Assembly: GCA_965218795.1 (NCBI GenBank)
Contig: OZ244653.1
Span: 3,168,001 to 3,232,000, forward strand
Length of the DNA stretch: 64,000 nucleotides
From: a bacterium
GTDB taxonomy: Bacteria; UBA8248; JACPRG01; G963555815
Reading direction: 5' to 3'
Shown: in pieces, positions 21,343-31,047 of the stretch
Numbering within the stretch: the stretch's first letter is position 1
How the letters are laid out: every line of letters starts with the position of its first letter
Program-made: the position numbers and the translations under genes
Notes under the pieces: model-generated
What the model saw: the letters and a program-made list of their open reading frames with translations, nothing else
Told to the model about the DNA's origin: nothing
The model's database searches: none

Positions 21343-22755
21343 TCAGACGGTGAAGATCTGAACCAGATTGGTCGGCCCGCCATCCGCGACGGGTGAGCGG
21401 CCGACGATGACGATGTTGTCCCCCCTCCGCACCATTCTCTTTTTCTTCAGGTCCGTCACGACGAATTCGATCATGGCATCCAGCCGTTTTGCGTAGGGGA
21501 TGTGGCAGCCCGTCACGCCCCAGTCCAGAGACAATTGCCGGAGGACCGCCGCCTCCGGAGTGTAGGCCATGATCCTGACCCGCGGCCGGTGCTTGGCGAG
21601 AAGGCGGGCGGTCAGCCCTGATCGGGTGAAAGCCACAAGGGCGGGCGCCGACACCTCCTCGGCCGCGTGGCAGGCTTCATTCGCGATGATGGAGGACGGC
21701 GTCCTGACGAAATCCGGAAAATCCCGGAAACAGCTATCGGAACAGGACTCCGTTTCTTCGATGATCCGCGACATCATTTTGACCGCCTCCACGGGGTACT
21801 TCCCCGTCGCGGTCTCCCCCGAGAGCATCACGGCATCCGTCCCATCCAATATCGCGTTCGCCACGTCGGATGCTTCGGCCCTGGTCGGCTTGGGATTCTC
21901 CGTCATTGAAAACAGCATTTCCGTCGCCGTGATGACGGCGTATCCCCGTACATTGGCCGCCTCGATGATCGCCTTCTGAATCAGGGGGACTCTCTCGGGC
22001 GGGAGCTCGACGCCGAGATCACCCCGCGCCACCATGATCGCATCGGCCTCTTTGAGAATGGTCTCGAGGTTATCCACCGCCTGGGGCTTTTCGATTTTCG
22101 CCACGAGCGGGACCTTTCCCCCTTGCCTCCGCATCAGCCGCCGTACCGACTGAATATCTTTCGCGGACCTCACGAAGGAGACAGCGAGGTAATCCACCCC
22201 CGCCTGAAGGCCGCAGGCGAGACCGAGGCGGTCCCTCTCCGTCAGGGAAGGGATGGACAGGGCGGAACCGGGAAGATTGATCCCTTTTTGACTGCGGAGG
22301 ACTCCACCACAGTCAATCCGGCAGCGGATGTCTCGGCCGCTTCGGCTGCGAACCCGCAGTTGTATTCTCCCATCGTCGATGAAGATCATATCCCCCGGCT
22401 TCACCTCCTTGGCCAGGTTGGGATAAGTGGAAGAGATGCGATGCTCGTTACCCAGGACGCGGCGTCCGGTCAGGACGATTTCACGGCCGGCCGTAAGCCC
22501 GACCTGCCCCCCGGCAACATCGCCGACCCGGATCTTCGGACCCGGCAGATCCATCAGTATAGCCACCGCCTTGCCGAGCTCCCTGGCCGCGCGCCGCACG
22601 TTCCGTACGGTCTCCCGATGCTGTTCCACCGTTCCATGCGAGAAGTTCAAGCGCGCCACGTCCATCCCGGCCCGCATTAATCGTTTGATCATGGCGAAGG
22701 AAAACGTGGCCGGACCGAGGGTGCAGACAATTTTCGCCCGCCGATGGATGGCCAT
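21343..22755 (-). CDS. pyk: Pyruvate kinase
   Basis: KIVCTLGPA, ARLNFSHG, AKIEK, MVARGDLGVE, DAVMLSGETA. Confidence 0.97.
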   Translation of the reverse strand: MAIHRRAKIVCTLGPATFSFAMIKRLMRAGMDVARLNFSHGTVEQHRETVRNVRRAARELGKAVAILMDLPGPKIRVGDVAGGQVGLTAGREIVLTGRRVLGNEHRISSTYPNLAKEVKPGDMIFIDDGRIQLRVRSRSGRDIRCRIDCGGVLRSQKGINLPGSALSIPSLTERDRLGLACGLQAGVDYLAVSFVRSAKDIQSVRRLMRRQGGKVPLVAKIEKPQAVDNLETILKEADAIMVARGDLGVELPPERVPLIQKAIIEAANVRGYAVITATEMLFSMTENPKPTRAEASDVANAILDGTDAVMLSGETATGKYPVEAVKMMSRIIEETESCSDSCFRDFPDFVRTPSSIIANEACHAAEEVSAPALVAFTRSGLTARLLAKHRPRVRIMAYTPEAAVLRQLSLDWGVTGCHIPYAKRLDAMIEFVVTDLKKKRMVRRGDNIVIVGRSPVADGGPTNLVQIFTV

Positions 22756-22784
22756 ATTCCGATCTTCCTTATGGGAGAAGGGAT

Positions 22785-24128
22785 TCAGGGCCCGACCAGG
22801 AGGATCCGAACGTCCATGACGTTCGTCCGGGTCGGACCCGTGATGAGGAGATCCCCCAGCTCTTGAAAGAAGGGGTAGGCGTCATTTTCATCAAGCGCAG
22901 ACCTCGGATCCAGGCCCATCGCCGCCGCGCGCGCCACTGTGGTTCCGTCGACGACGGCGCCCGCCGCGTCTGTGGGTCCGTCCGTCCCGTCCGTCCCGAC
23001 GCTCATTAAAACAACGCCCGGTATGCCCGACAGATCGATGCCCGCCGCCAGCGCGAACTCCTGATTTCGGCCGCCCTTTCCCGGGCCGCGGATGGTGACC
23101 GTGGTCTCCCCGCCGGACAGGATGCATGCCGGAGGCGGAATCGGATGGCCGCTGACCCGGCACTCGCTGGCGATGGCGGCATGCATTCGCGCCGCCTCCC
23201 GCGTCTCCCCCTCGATGCGCGAGGACAGGATCAAGGGCCGGTATCCCCTGAATTGAGCGGCCTCGGCCGCCGCCCGAAGGGCAAGGGCGTTATGGCCTAC
23301 GAGTACGTAATGCGTCCGAGCGAACGCGGGATCGCCGGCTTTAGGGGTTTCGGGCCGCCCGCCCTCGACGCCGGCCTCCAAATGCTCCAGGACGGGTTCG
23401 GGCAACTTGCTACGGATTCGGAAGCGGTCGACCGCCTCCAGACAAGTTGCATAGGTCGTACCGTCCGGAACCGTGGGCCCGGAGGCGATGGTATCCGGGT
23501 CGTCTCCCACGACGTCGGATAAGACCAACGAAACCATAGTCGCCGGATAAGCCATACGGGCCAATTGCCCGCCTTTGACCCGGGACAGGTGCTTTCGCAG
23601 TGCGTTCATCTCGTGAATCGAGGCCCCCGCGTCGAGAAGGGCCTGCGTCGCTGCGCTTTTGTTGGCAAGAGAGATTCCGTCTACGGGCAGGGGAAGAAGA
23701 GCGGACCCGCCGCCCGAGATCAGGCAAATTACGAGATCCTCCTCCCCGAGGGATTCCAAGGTTCCGGCGATCTCCCCGGCCGCGTTCAGCCCGCGCTCAT
23801 CCGGGAGCGGATGAGAGGCCTCCACCACCCGAACCCGCTTCAGCGGGAGGGTATGACCCTCCTTGACCGTGACGATTCCCCCGGCAATCCGGTCTCCAAG
23901 GATCTCTTCGGCGGCATGGGCCATGGACGCGGCGGCCTTCCCGAACCCGACCACATGGACGCTTGACGGGCAGTCCAGCTCTTGTTCACCCGCAAACACG
24001 CGGTTGCCCTCAAGCCTTAGATGACGACAAACCGCTTCATAGGGGTCTACGGCGGCCAGAGCGGCCTTGAGGATTCCCGATGCATCCTGGCGAAGTTGTT
24101 CCAACGATTCCTCGCTAGCCCTGGTCAT
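22785..24128 (-). CDS. Glycerate 2-kinase, TtuD/MOFRL family
   Basis: LISGGGSAL, RKHLSRVKGG, SDVVGD, GGETTV, GGRNQE, TDGTDGPT, TNVMD. Confidence 0.93.
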   Translation of the reverse strand: MTRASEESLEQLRQDASGILKAALAAVDPYEAVCRHLRLEGNRVFAGEQELDCPSSVHVVGFGKAAASMAHAAEEILGDRIAGGIVTVKEGHTLPLKRVRVVEASHPLPDERGLNAAGEIAGTLESLGEEDLVICLISGGGSALLPLPVDGISLANKSAATQALLDAGASIHEMNALRKHLSRVKGGQLARMAYPATMVSLVLSDVVGDDPDTIASGPTVPDGTTYATCLEAVDRFRIRSKLPEPVLEHLEAGVEGGRPETPKAGDPAFARTHYVLVGHNALALRAAAEAAQFRGYRPLILSSRIEGETREAARMHAAIASECRVSGHPIPPPACILSGGETTVTIRGPGKGGRNQEFALAAGIDLSGIPGVVLMSVGTDGTDGPTDAAGAVVDGTTVARAAAMGLDPRSALDENDAYPFFQELGDLLITGPTRTNVMDVRILLVGP

Positions 24129-24300
24129 ACTGCAAAGAGAGCCGGACAGCAAAGATGATTTACACAAGGAAAGAAAGCGAGAATATCACAAACTACCAGC
24201 GATCATCATTCGATAGACGAAATCTGGAAACCAAGTCAACGGCTGTGAAACAGGGTTACGCGGGTATTGGATTCCCACCGCAGCCTGTCCCGTCGGGAAA

Positions 24301-24432
24301 TGGATTCCTGCTTGCGCAGGAATGACAGGACAGGACCATGCAGACCCCCCGTCTTGTCATTCCCACCCCCGACGAAAGCCTTCGGGGACAAGCCCCCTGC
24401 CGGATACATGCAGGGGCAGGCCAGCAGGAATC
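24301..24432. repeat. Pair of dRS3-like palindromic elements, the second with nested inserts
   Basis: TGGATTCCTGCTTGCGCAGGAATGACA and inverted GTCATTCCC...GGAATC; related copies at 47342, 47627, 58203. Confidence 0.75.
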
Positions 24433-24595
24433 GAGGCAACATAGGGCGAGCCGAGAGGGAAATATCTGGACGAGTACCTGTCTGCCGACAAGACAGGCCT
24501 GAAGTTCTACAACAACGAGCGTCCTTGTTCACGCTAGCGGGGCTCACGCTTCTTGGCCGGGCGCTGCGCTATCGGACAACCGGAAATCCCCCCAC

Positions 24596-24623
24596 AAAAA
24601 AGGGCCGGCTGCGCAGCCAACCC
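24596..24623 (-). terminator. Rho-independent terminator
   Basis: Minus strand GGGTTGGCT-GCGC-AGCCGGCCC-TTTTTT. Confidence 0.75.
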
Positions 24624-24772
24624 ATCAACACGGGCAAGAGGTTTATCCAACCTGTCGGGAATGAAGACCGGTCATACAGCTTTACAGGCAGATGGCCCCT
24701 GTCTCTCCAAGGTCGAGGCTTGACGTGTACGACTAGCATCTTCCAGGCATAACCGGCCGGAACTCGGCTGGC
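24596..24772 (-). ncRNA. Candidate structured RNA of unrecognised family
   Basis: Long stem with G-U pairs enclosing two hairpins, ending in a terminator. Confidence 0.4.
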
Positions 24773-24775
24773 GAT

Positions 24776-24976
24776 CTAATTGTCGGATGTCGTTTCCAGC
24801 AATTGCAGGCCCTTCCTGTTTTCCAAATGAAAAGGCAGGGCCTGTTGCTGGCCTATCATGTCCTGAATCCGGCAAAGGTTTTCCCGCCATTCTTCCTTTT
24901 CGATCTCGCCTTCGAGATAGCGATTCAAATTACGAATGCAAAGCAACGCCACTTGTTTGTCTTTCAGCGTCTCCAT
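24776..24976 (-). CDS. Small hypothetical protein (66 aa)
   Basis: GGAG RBS before ATG at 24976; METLKDKQVALLCIRNLNRYLEGEI. Confidence 0.55.
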   Translation of the reverse strand: METLKDKQVALLCIRNLNRYLEGEIEKEEWRENLCRIQDMIGQQQALPFHLENRKGLQLLETTSDN

Positions 24977-25178
24977 TGCTCCGCTCTCCCTTCCCCCATC
25001 TCTCCAATCAGCCCAATGAGGGTGTCTTCCATGAATCAATATAGTCCCTGCTCGATTGCCTCGCTCCGGTAACCCATTGAAAGAAAAAGGTTGATAATAG
25101 AAGAGAAACATCGATTGAAAACGAAATCCGGAAAATTCAACAGACGGGACGCTGTTGAACGTGGGGGGGGAGAACAGG

Positions 25179-25874
25179 CTAGAGGGTCTGAAATCGACGC
25201 TCCACGGCTCTCTTCCACTTGGTGTTCTGTTTTTCGTCGAACAGGATGTCCTGATCGGCAGGTGCGGTATACCAGTCGCCGCGCCTCATCTCCGCGTCCA
25301 ACTGGCCCGGCCCCCACCCGGCGTAGCCGACGGCGAACACAATCCGCCGGGGACCTTCCCCCAGCGCGATGGCCCGCAGGATTGCATTCACGGGACTCAC
25401 GCCTACGGTCTCGCTCACCCGGAATCCAGGTTTCGCCTCCCGTTCGAGGGAGTGAACAACGAACCCGGACTCCGGATCCACGGGTCCGCCATAATGCACG
25501 TTGATTTCTCCGACATCTTCCGGCGCCTTGAGGTCAAGCCCCTTGAGCAGCCGGGCCAGTTTCACTTTGCCGACCACCCGGTTCAGGACCAGCCCGAAGG
25601 CGCCTTTTCGGCTGTGTCGGACGAGTAGAATGACGGTTTTTCGGAACCTCGGATCCCGCATCCGCGGGGTCGCTACCAACAGCTCTCCCGCGTGGGACGT
25701 CCCAATACGATCCGGACTCCCCGCGCCGGGCCGCTCCACCACCTGGGACGGAGCCACAACAGGCAGCAAGACCAACCCAGCCGCGAGGCCCGCCAAGAAG
25801 GGGCGAGGGGAAGTCTTGCTCAAGAGAGACCGCGAGCGGCCAAAGAGAGAATATCGCCGGATTGATGTTGCCAT
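25179..25874 (-). CDS. YqgE/AlgH (DUF179) family protein with hydrophobic N-terminal extension
   Basis: LLVATP..DPRF, GAFGLVLNR, YGGPV, GYAGWGPGQL. Confidence 0.9.
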   Translation of the reverse strand: MATSIRRYSLFGRSRSLLSKTSPRPFLAGLAAGLVLLPVVAPSQVVERPGAGSPDRIGTSHAGELLVATPRMRDPRFRKTVILLVRHSRKGAFGLVLNRVVGKVKLARLLKGLDLKAPEDVGEINVHYGGPVDPESGFVVHSLEREAKPGFRVSETVGVSPVNAILRAIALGEGPRRIVFAVGYAGWGPGQLDAEMRRGDWYTAPADQDILFDEKQNTKWKRAVERRFQTL

Positions 25875-26020
25875 CAGACCTCCCGAGGGTGTGCCGAGCC
25901 CCCGCAACGCGGAGTCTATTCGAAAAATGATCGACCCGGCGCGGCCTTCCGATCTTATGGCGAGAAATCGCTGCGATACAACCAGACCCGGGTGGAATAT
26001 TCGTCCCGTTCAGGCTCCTG

Positions 26021-26815
26021 TCAGACCCGACGCCCCCCGGCAACCCAGACGGCCGCAAGAAAGATCACCAGGGAAAAGGCAAGCGTGACCATCACGGACA
26101 GGCTCATGGGAGGAAGGCCGTCCAGTAGTTGTACGCCGGAGGGAGATTGCGCCCCCCAATACATGGAGCGCCGGACAGCCGCTACGCCGTAAGTCACCGG
26201 ATTGACGCGCATGATCCACGTCAGCCAGATGGGCGCTCCCCCTGCAGGGAAAACGGCCCCAGAGAGGAGCCACAGAGGCATCAGCAACAGATTCATGATA
26301 GCGTGAAACCCCTGGACCGAATCCATCCGCCAGGCAATGACCAATCCCAGGCTGGTCATTCCGAAAGACAAGGCCGCCATCAGCGACAGCGACAGGATCA
26401 GGGAAAAGAATCCCACATGGAACCCGGCCAGCGGGGAGAGGATCAGAAGGAGCAGCCCCTGGAGAAGGGCCAGCGTGGTTCCCCCCAGGGCTTGTCCCAG
26501 AACGATCCCGGACCGGGGAACGGGAGCCACCAGAGCCCCCTGCAGAAATCCTTCGTTGCGGTCCTGAACGGTCGATATTGTTGCAAATATGGCCGTGAAC
26601 AAAAGGACCAGGCAGACGACGCCCGGATAAAAATACTCGGCGTATGCGATCCCCTTCGGGGCTCCGGGCAACTGAAAGCTAGACTTGAAGCCGCTGCCCA
26701 GGAGGAGCCAGAACAGAAGCGGCTGGGCCAGCGATCCAACGACGCGGCTCCGCTGACGCAGGAACCGGAGCATCTCCCGCCACCAGAGGGAGAGAACGGG
26801 CAGCCAGAACCTCAC
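26021..26815 (-). CDS. ABC-2 type transporter permease
   Basis: 6 TM helices, LVAPVPRS, LSGAVFP, NPVTYGV. Confidence 0.92.
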   Translation of the reverse strand: MRFWLPVLSLWWREMLRFLRQRSRVVGSLAQPLLFWLLLGSGFKSSFQLPGAPKGIAYAEYFYPGVVCLVLLFTAIFATISTVQDRNEGFLQGALVAPVPRSGIVLGQALGGTTLALLQGLLLLILSPLAGFHVGFFSLILSLSLMAALSFGMTSLGLVIAWRMDSVQGFHAIMNLLLMPLWLLSGAVFPAGGAPIWLTWIMRVNPVTYGVAAVRRSMYWGAQSPSGVQLLDGLPPMSLSVMVTLAFSLVIFLAAVWVAGGRRV

Positions 26816-27801
26816 GCCCCCTTCCTCCCTAAATGGGTGTCATCCCCTTCCGAATCTTCGCGGATGGTCTGCCCGGTCAAGTGGATGAATACGTCCTCCA
26901 AGGTCGGCTTGCCGAATGTGATCGACCGAACCTCCCGGGGAAAGGCATCGACCAACTCCCGGACGAATTCGTGGCCGTTGGGACGCTCCACCCGCAATGC
27001 GCCGAGGACCGCCTGGGCCTCTGAGCCGAACCGATCGCGGATCTTCAGGCGCAACCCCTCGGGATCTTCGCACTGGATCGCCACCACGTCTCCGCCGACG
27101 CGGGATTTCAATTCATCCGGTGCGCCCAATGCCACTATTCCGCCGCGATGCAGAAAGACCACCCGATCGCAACGATCCGCTTGCTCGAGAAAATGCGTCG
27201 TCAGAAGGACGGTCGTCCCCTCCGTTTGACGCAGATCCGCCAGATAATCGTCAAAGGCCTTCCGGGCTCCAGGGTCCAATCCGGTTCCAGGCTCATCCAG
27301 GATGAGGACATCCGGCCGATGCAGCAGGGCCTTGGCCAGCTCGGCCCTCCGCTGAAGTCCTCCGGAGAGGGTCTCCGCGCGGTCGCGGCCACGTTCCGCA
27401 ATTCCGAGACGTTCGAGATTTCTCCCAATTCGCTCCTCAAGATTTTTCCCCCGCATCCCGTAGAGGCGGGCCTGGTGCGCAAGGTTTTCCCTGACCGTGA
27501 GCTTGGCGTCCAGGCTCGGATGCTGAAAAACGACGCCAATGCGCCGACGGACGACTTGAGGTTGGGCCACGAGATCCTGACCGAAAATGGACGCCCGGCC
27601 CATGGAAGGGGGCATCAAAGTCGAGAGAATCTTGAACAGCGTCGTCTTTCCGCCGCCGTTTTCTCCCAAGACTCCGAAAATCTCGCCGCGGCGAACCGAA
27701 ATCGTCACATCCTGAAGCGCCACGCGGGTGCCATACGCATGGCGAAGTCCGTGTGTGCTGACGGCAGGGGTTTCTTCCCCTTGAGGAGGAGGAATCGTCA
27801 A
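26812..27801 (-). CDS. ABC transporter ATP-binding protein, DrrA-like
   Basis: GENGGGKTT, LSGG, LILDEP, LTTH, PTLEDVF. Confidence 0.94.
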   Translation of the reverse strand: MTIPPPQGEETPAVSTHGLRHAYGTRVALQDVTISVRRGEIFGVLGENGGGKTTLFKILSTLMPPSMGRASIFGQDLVAQPQVVRRRIGVVFQHPSLDAKLTVRENLAHQARLYGMRGKNLEERIGRNLERLGIAERGRDRAETLSGGLQRRAELAKALLHRPDVLILDEPGTGLDPGARKAFDDYLADLRQTEGTTVLLTTHFLEQADRCDRVVFLHRGGIVALGAPDELKSRVGGDVVAIQCEDPEGLRLKIRDRFGSEAQAVLGALRVERPNGHEFVRELVDAFPREVRSITFGKPTLEDVFIHLTGQTIREDSEGDDTHLGRKGA

Positions 27802-28193
27802 TTCAAACCCTCCTTCGGCGAAATTTCTCCGTCAGACGGGTTGAAGATAAAATCGAAGCTCAACCAAAGGCTCTTGGAATACCGGAAAAAAATCAATGGA
27901 AAAAGGGCGCAAAAGCCGGCCCACAGCAAGATTTGCCAGTTCAGCGAGATGCTTGTGTAGACATCGAGAATGAAATACCCGGCCAAGGCGATCAGCGTAG
28001 TCAACCCGTAATTGATGTATATCGCCCCAACGTAGTACCCCATTTCCGGCTCACAAGGGAGCCCGCATTCGGGACACTCCGGAACCATCGAGAACAGGGT
28101 GTGGTAGAGCCTCCCTTTCCCGCATCGGGGGCACACGAGACGCAAACCCCGCTTCAGAATCGTCATCGCCCGTGACGGATCCAATCTTCCCAC
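27798..28193 (-). CDS. DUF983 family membrane protein
   Basis: CPRCGKGRL...CPECG zinc ribbon plus 2 TM helices. Confidence 0.8.
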   Translation of the reverse strand: MGRLDPSRAMTILKRGLRLVCPRCGKGRLYHTLFSMVPECPECGLPCEPEMGYYVGAIYINYGLTTLIALAGYFILDVYTSISLNWQILLWAGFCALFPLIFFRYSKSLWLSFDFIFNPSDGEISPKEGLN

Positions 28194-28248
28194 TGCGTCA
28201 AGATACCCCTTCGGCTCGGAAAACCGACCTTCCGTAATTCGAAGCCTG

Positions 28249-28704
28249 TTATCCGCCTCCTGCGGGTACTCCAGGTCCCTGCGGGCCGAAAATTTTGTAG
28301 AGCATCAGATAGATGACCACGCCGGTGATCGATACGTAAATCCAGATGGGAAGGGTCCACCGGGCGATTCGCCGATGTTTGTCGAACTGCTCTCTCCAGG
28401 CCCGGTACAGCGTGATCAATACCAACGGGACGATGGCGGCCGCCAGGATCGTGTGGGAGATCAGGATGGTGAAATACAGGGGCCGCGCCCAGCCTTGTCC
28501 TCCAAACCGGACGGAGCCTACATGAAAATGGTAGGTCAGGTATGAAATCAAGAAAAGGATGGAAACCGCGAACGCCGAGAGCATGCATGCCTTATGGGCG
28601 CGGACCTGCTTCCGGCGGATGAAGACAAAACCGCAAATCAGAAGAAGAGCGCTGATCGAGTTGAGCGTGGCATTGACTGCGGGCAAAGAAGTAACGGAAA
28701 GCAC
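28249..28704 (-). CDS. DUF420 family membrane protein
   Basis: LP.VNA.LN, H...M..AF, ILISH..LA, W.YVS.TG; typical of cox operons. Confidence 0.88.
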   Translation of the reverse strand: MLSVTSLPAVNATLNSISALLLICGFVFIRRKQVRAHKACMLSAFAVSILFLISYLTYHFHVGSVRFGGQGWARPLYFTILISHTILAAAIVPLVLITLYRAWREQFDKHRRIARWTLPIWIYVSITGVVIYLMLYKIFGPQGPGVPAGGG

Positions 28705-28819
28705 AAGTGGACCATCTCAGGGGTCGTTGACTACGCAGACGCCTTCATTCGCAACGGAGGCACGGCATCAGGAGGATGGCGCAATTCTACCGGCACCCGA
28801 ACTTCGCGGCGGGGGCGGG

Positions 28820-29215
28820 CTAGTCGTCCTCTTCTTCTTCTTCTTCTTCGTCGTCGTCCTCATCCTCGTCTTCGTCTTCATCCTCCGCATCGTCGCTGTC
28901 CGCAACCTGCTCGACGCCCCATGTCTTCGAGGTCTGGTGGTCGACCGTCAACAGATCCGGGAAGAGCATCAGCAAAAGGAATATGCAGAGCACAAGCGGG
29001 GTCAGGACGATGGCGCCCATGGTCTTTTTCTCAAAACGCAGGTGCATGAAGTACATGGCGACAAGGCCGGCCTTGCCCAACGCCATGATGACCAGAAGGA
29101 TGACCTTGGCTATCTTGGCAATCGGCGCGATTGCGGCGAGGATCTCGAGAACAGTCAGGACGAACAACCATCCGAAGATGGCCATGTAATTGGGTTCTTG
29201 GTGCTCTTCTGCCAT
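28820..29215 (-). CDS. Cytochrome c oxidase subunit IV family protein with acidic tail
   Basis: LFVLTVLE and KAGLVAMYFMHLRFE. Confidence 0.85.
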   Translation of the reverse strand: MAEEHQEPNYMAIFGWLFVLTVLEILAAIAPIAKIAKVILLVIMALGKAGLVAMYFMHLRFEKKTMGAIVLTPLVLCIFLLLMLFPDLLTVDHQTSKTWGVEQVADSDDAEDEDEDEDEDDDEEEEEEEDD

Positions 29216-29246
29216 TGAGAATTTCCTTTGCGAAAAAGCCGGGATA

Positions 29247-29855
29247 TTACAGCAGGTACACGAATGTGAAGACCAGGATCCAGACCAGATCGACGAAATG
29301 CCAATACAGCCCGGCCACTTCAACCCGCTGGAATTTCCCACCGTCATACCGTCCGGTCTTGCCCTCAAAGTAGACGCAGAGCAGATAGATGACCCCGCCG
29401 GTCACATGCGCCCCGTGAAATCCCGTGATGGCGAAAAAGGTCGCGCCGAACAAAGAAGAGCCCCAAGGGTTCGACCATAACGCCAAGCCCTGGTGCATCA
29501 GGTGGGCCCACTCATAGGCCTGTAGACACAGGAAGATGAATCCTCCGCCGGCGGTCAACAAGATGAAGCGGTCGAAACGCTTCCTATCGCCGTGCCTTAC
29601 GGCCGAAAGGGCTTTGACCATGGTGACACTGCTGCAGATCAGCAGAAACGTCATAAACCCCGGCAGGTTGACGCCGAGAAGCTGGGGGGCATTGGGCCAA
29701 TCGACGCTGCCGATCCGGATCGCGCCGTAACACGCCAGCAGACCGCCAAAGGTCATGGCGTCTCCAACCAGGAAAAGCCACATCCCCAGTTTTCCCCAGC
29801 TTTCCGGGGTCAGGGGAGATTGATACGCCTCCTCGTGAGTTGCCGCATGTTGCAT
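29247..29855 (-). CDS. Cytochrome c oxidase subunit III (second copy)
   Basis: KLGMWLFL, FFAITGFHGAHV, GLYWHFVDLVW. Confidence 0.92.
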   Translation of the reverse strand: MQHAATHEEAYQSPLTPESWGKLGMWLFLVGDAMTFGGLLACYGAIRIGSVDWPNAPQLLGVNLPGFMTFLLICSSVTMVKALSAVRHGDRKRFDRFILLTAGGGFIFLCLQAYEWAHLMHQGLALWSNPWGSSLFGATFFAITGFHGAHVTGGVIYLLCVYFEGKTGRYDGGKFQRVEVAGLYWHFVDLVWILVFTFVYLL

Positions 29856-30169
29856 CAGTAGCCGCTCTCCTCTTGGGTCAGGGCCGGGCGCCGCGGGGGG
29901 CCGTTCAGGTCCCGGGACTGTCCCCGACGATACATTCGAACCAGCCAATAGGCAATGGAACCAATCACGGCAAACGGCATCAAGACCAAGAATGCCCAAC
30001 TGACGATGAATCCCGTCAGCGGTTCGCCGTCACCGAAGCACACCGCACATGCCTGGGCGGTTCCACGACCGATCCACCATGAGCAAAAAGCCGCCGGAAT
30101 GGACACTCGAATCAACCTGAACCGTGCCGAATTCACCTTCCGCTCCGTTGACGTGCGGGCCGCCCGCAA
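29855..30169 (-). CDS. Small CxxC membrane protein of the cox operon
   Basis: AQACAVCFG followed by a TM helix; start uncertain. Confidence 0.6.
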   Translation of the reverse strand: MRAARTSTERKVNSARFRLIRVSIPAAFCSWWIGRGTAQACAVCFGDGEPLTGFIVSWAFLVLMPFAVIGSIAYWLVRMYRRGQSRDLNGPPRRPALTQEESGY

Positions 30170-30173
30170 GGTT

Positions 30174-30866
30174 TCAACTCAAATAGACAAGACCGAATAG
30201 AACCGGCCACAGTCCAACGACGAAATACCAGTATATCGCGCACAATTCAAGCCTCGTCCGGGAACGGGACCCGAAAGGCGCGTCGCGCAAGACGAAGAAA
30301 ACGCTGACCAGCCAGACGACCGCGCCCAGGACGTGCAAACCGTGAAATCCAATCAGCGTATAAAAAGTTCCCCCGTAGACCCCGCTGGAGATTGTCAACC
30401 CGAAGTGAATCAGCCGGGCCCATTCGCTGCCTTGGACCACCAGGAAGACAAGGCCGAGAACGGATGTCAGCAACAGATATCGTACGGACTTCGGCCGGTT
30501 CCCACACTTCCATGCGATCGACGCCCGCACCATGGTCCACGCGCTCAAGAGCAGCACCGCCGTATTGACCGACGTGATACCAAGCGGCAGGCGCGGCTGG
30601 AAGGGCGGAGGCCAAATCTGGCTCCCGTAGCGAAACACCAGGAATGCGCCGATCAGCCCGGCAAAAAACATCGCCTCGGCGCCGAGAAATACCGCTATTC
30701 CGATATACCCATTGCCGACCACCGGCCGCGGGAAATCCCCTTCGGGCTCAGGTCTCGGACCGTCTCCGCCCGCCGGCGGGTCTCCGGGCGGAACGGGAGG
30801 CCCCTGCCCGAAATCCTCCAGGCTCTCCTCGGCGATAGCCTCTCCGACGGGTACGGTACCGACCAT
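30174..30866 (-). CDS. Cytochrome c oxidase subunit III (first copy)
   Basis: FLGAEAMFF, NTAVLLLS, FYTLIGFHGLHV, YWYFV. Confidence 0.92.
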   Translation of the reverse strand: MVGTVPVGEAIAEESLEDFGQGPPVPPGDPPAGGDGPRPEPEGDFPRPVVGNGYIGIAVFLGAEAMFFAGLIGAFLVFRYGSQIWPPPFQPRLPLGITSVNTAVLLLSAWTMVRASIAWKCGNRPKSVRYLLLTSVLGLVFLVVQGSEWARLIHFGLTISSGVYGGTFYTLIGFHGLHVLGAVVWLVSVFFVLRDAPFGSRSRTRLELCAIYWYFVVGLWPVLFGLVYLS

Positions 30867-31047
30867 GCTTCATGACTCCGGCCCCTCGGCATGAGAGGGG
30901 GGCGTCAAACGGATTTCCAGCCGATCAATTCAACGTCACGATTCCGACGACAGCGAGCGTAAACATCAACGCGAGAACGAGCAGAATGATCCGTCCCATC
31001 CGCCGGTTGCGCGTCTTGACATCCGCTCCAATCATTCACTGACCCAA

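Noticed and set aside
24596-24772. 6S RNA, SRP RNA or glycine riboswitch
   Set aside because: Their conserved motifs and usual context were not found; kept only as an unassigned structured RNA.
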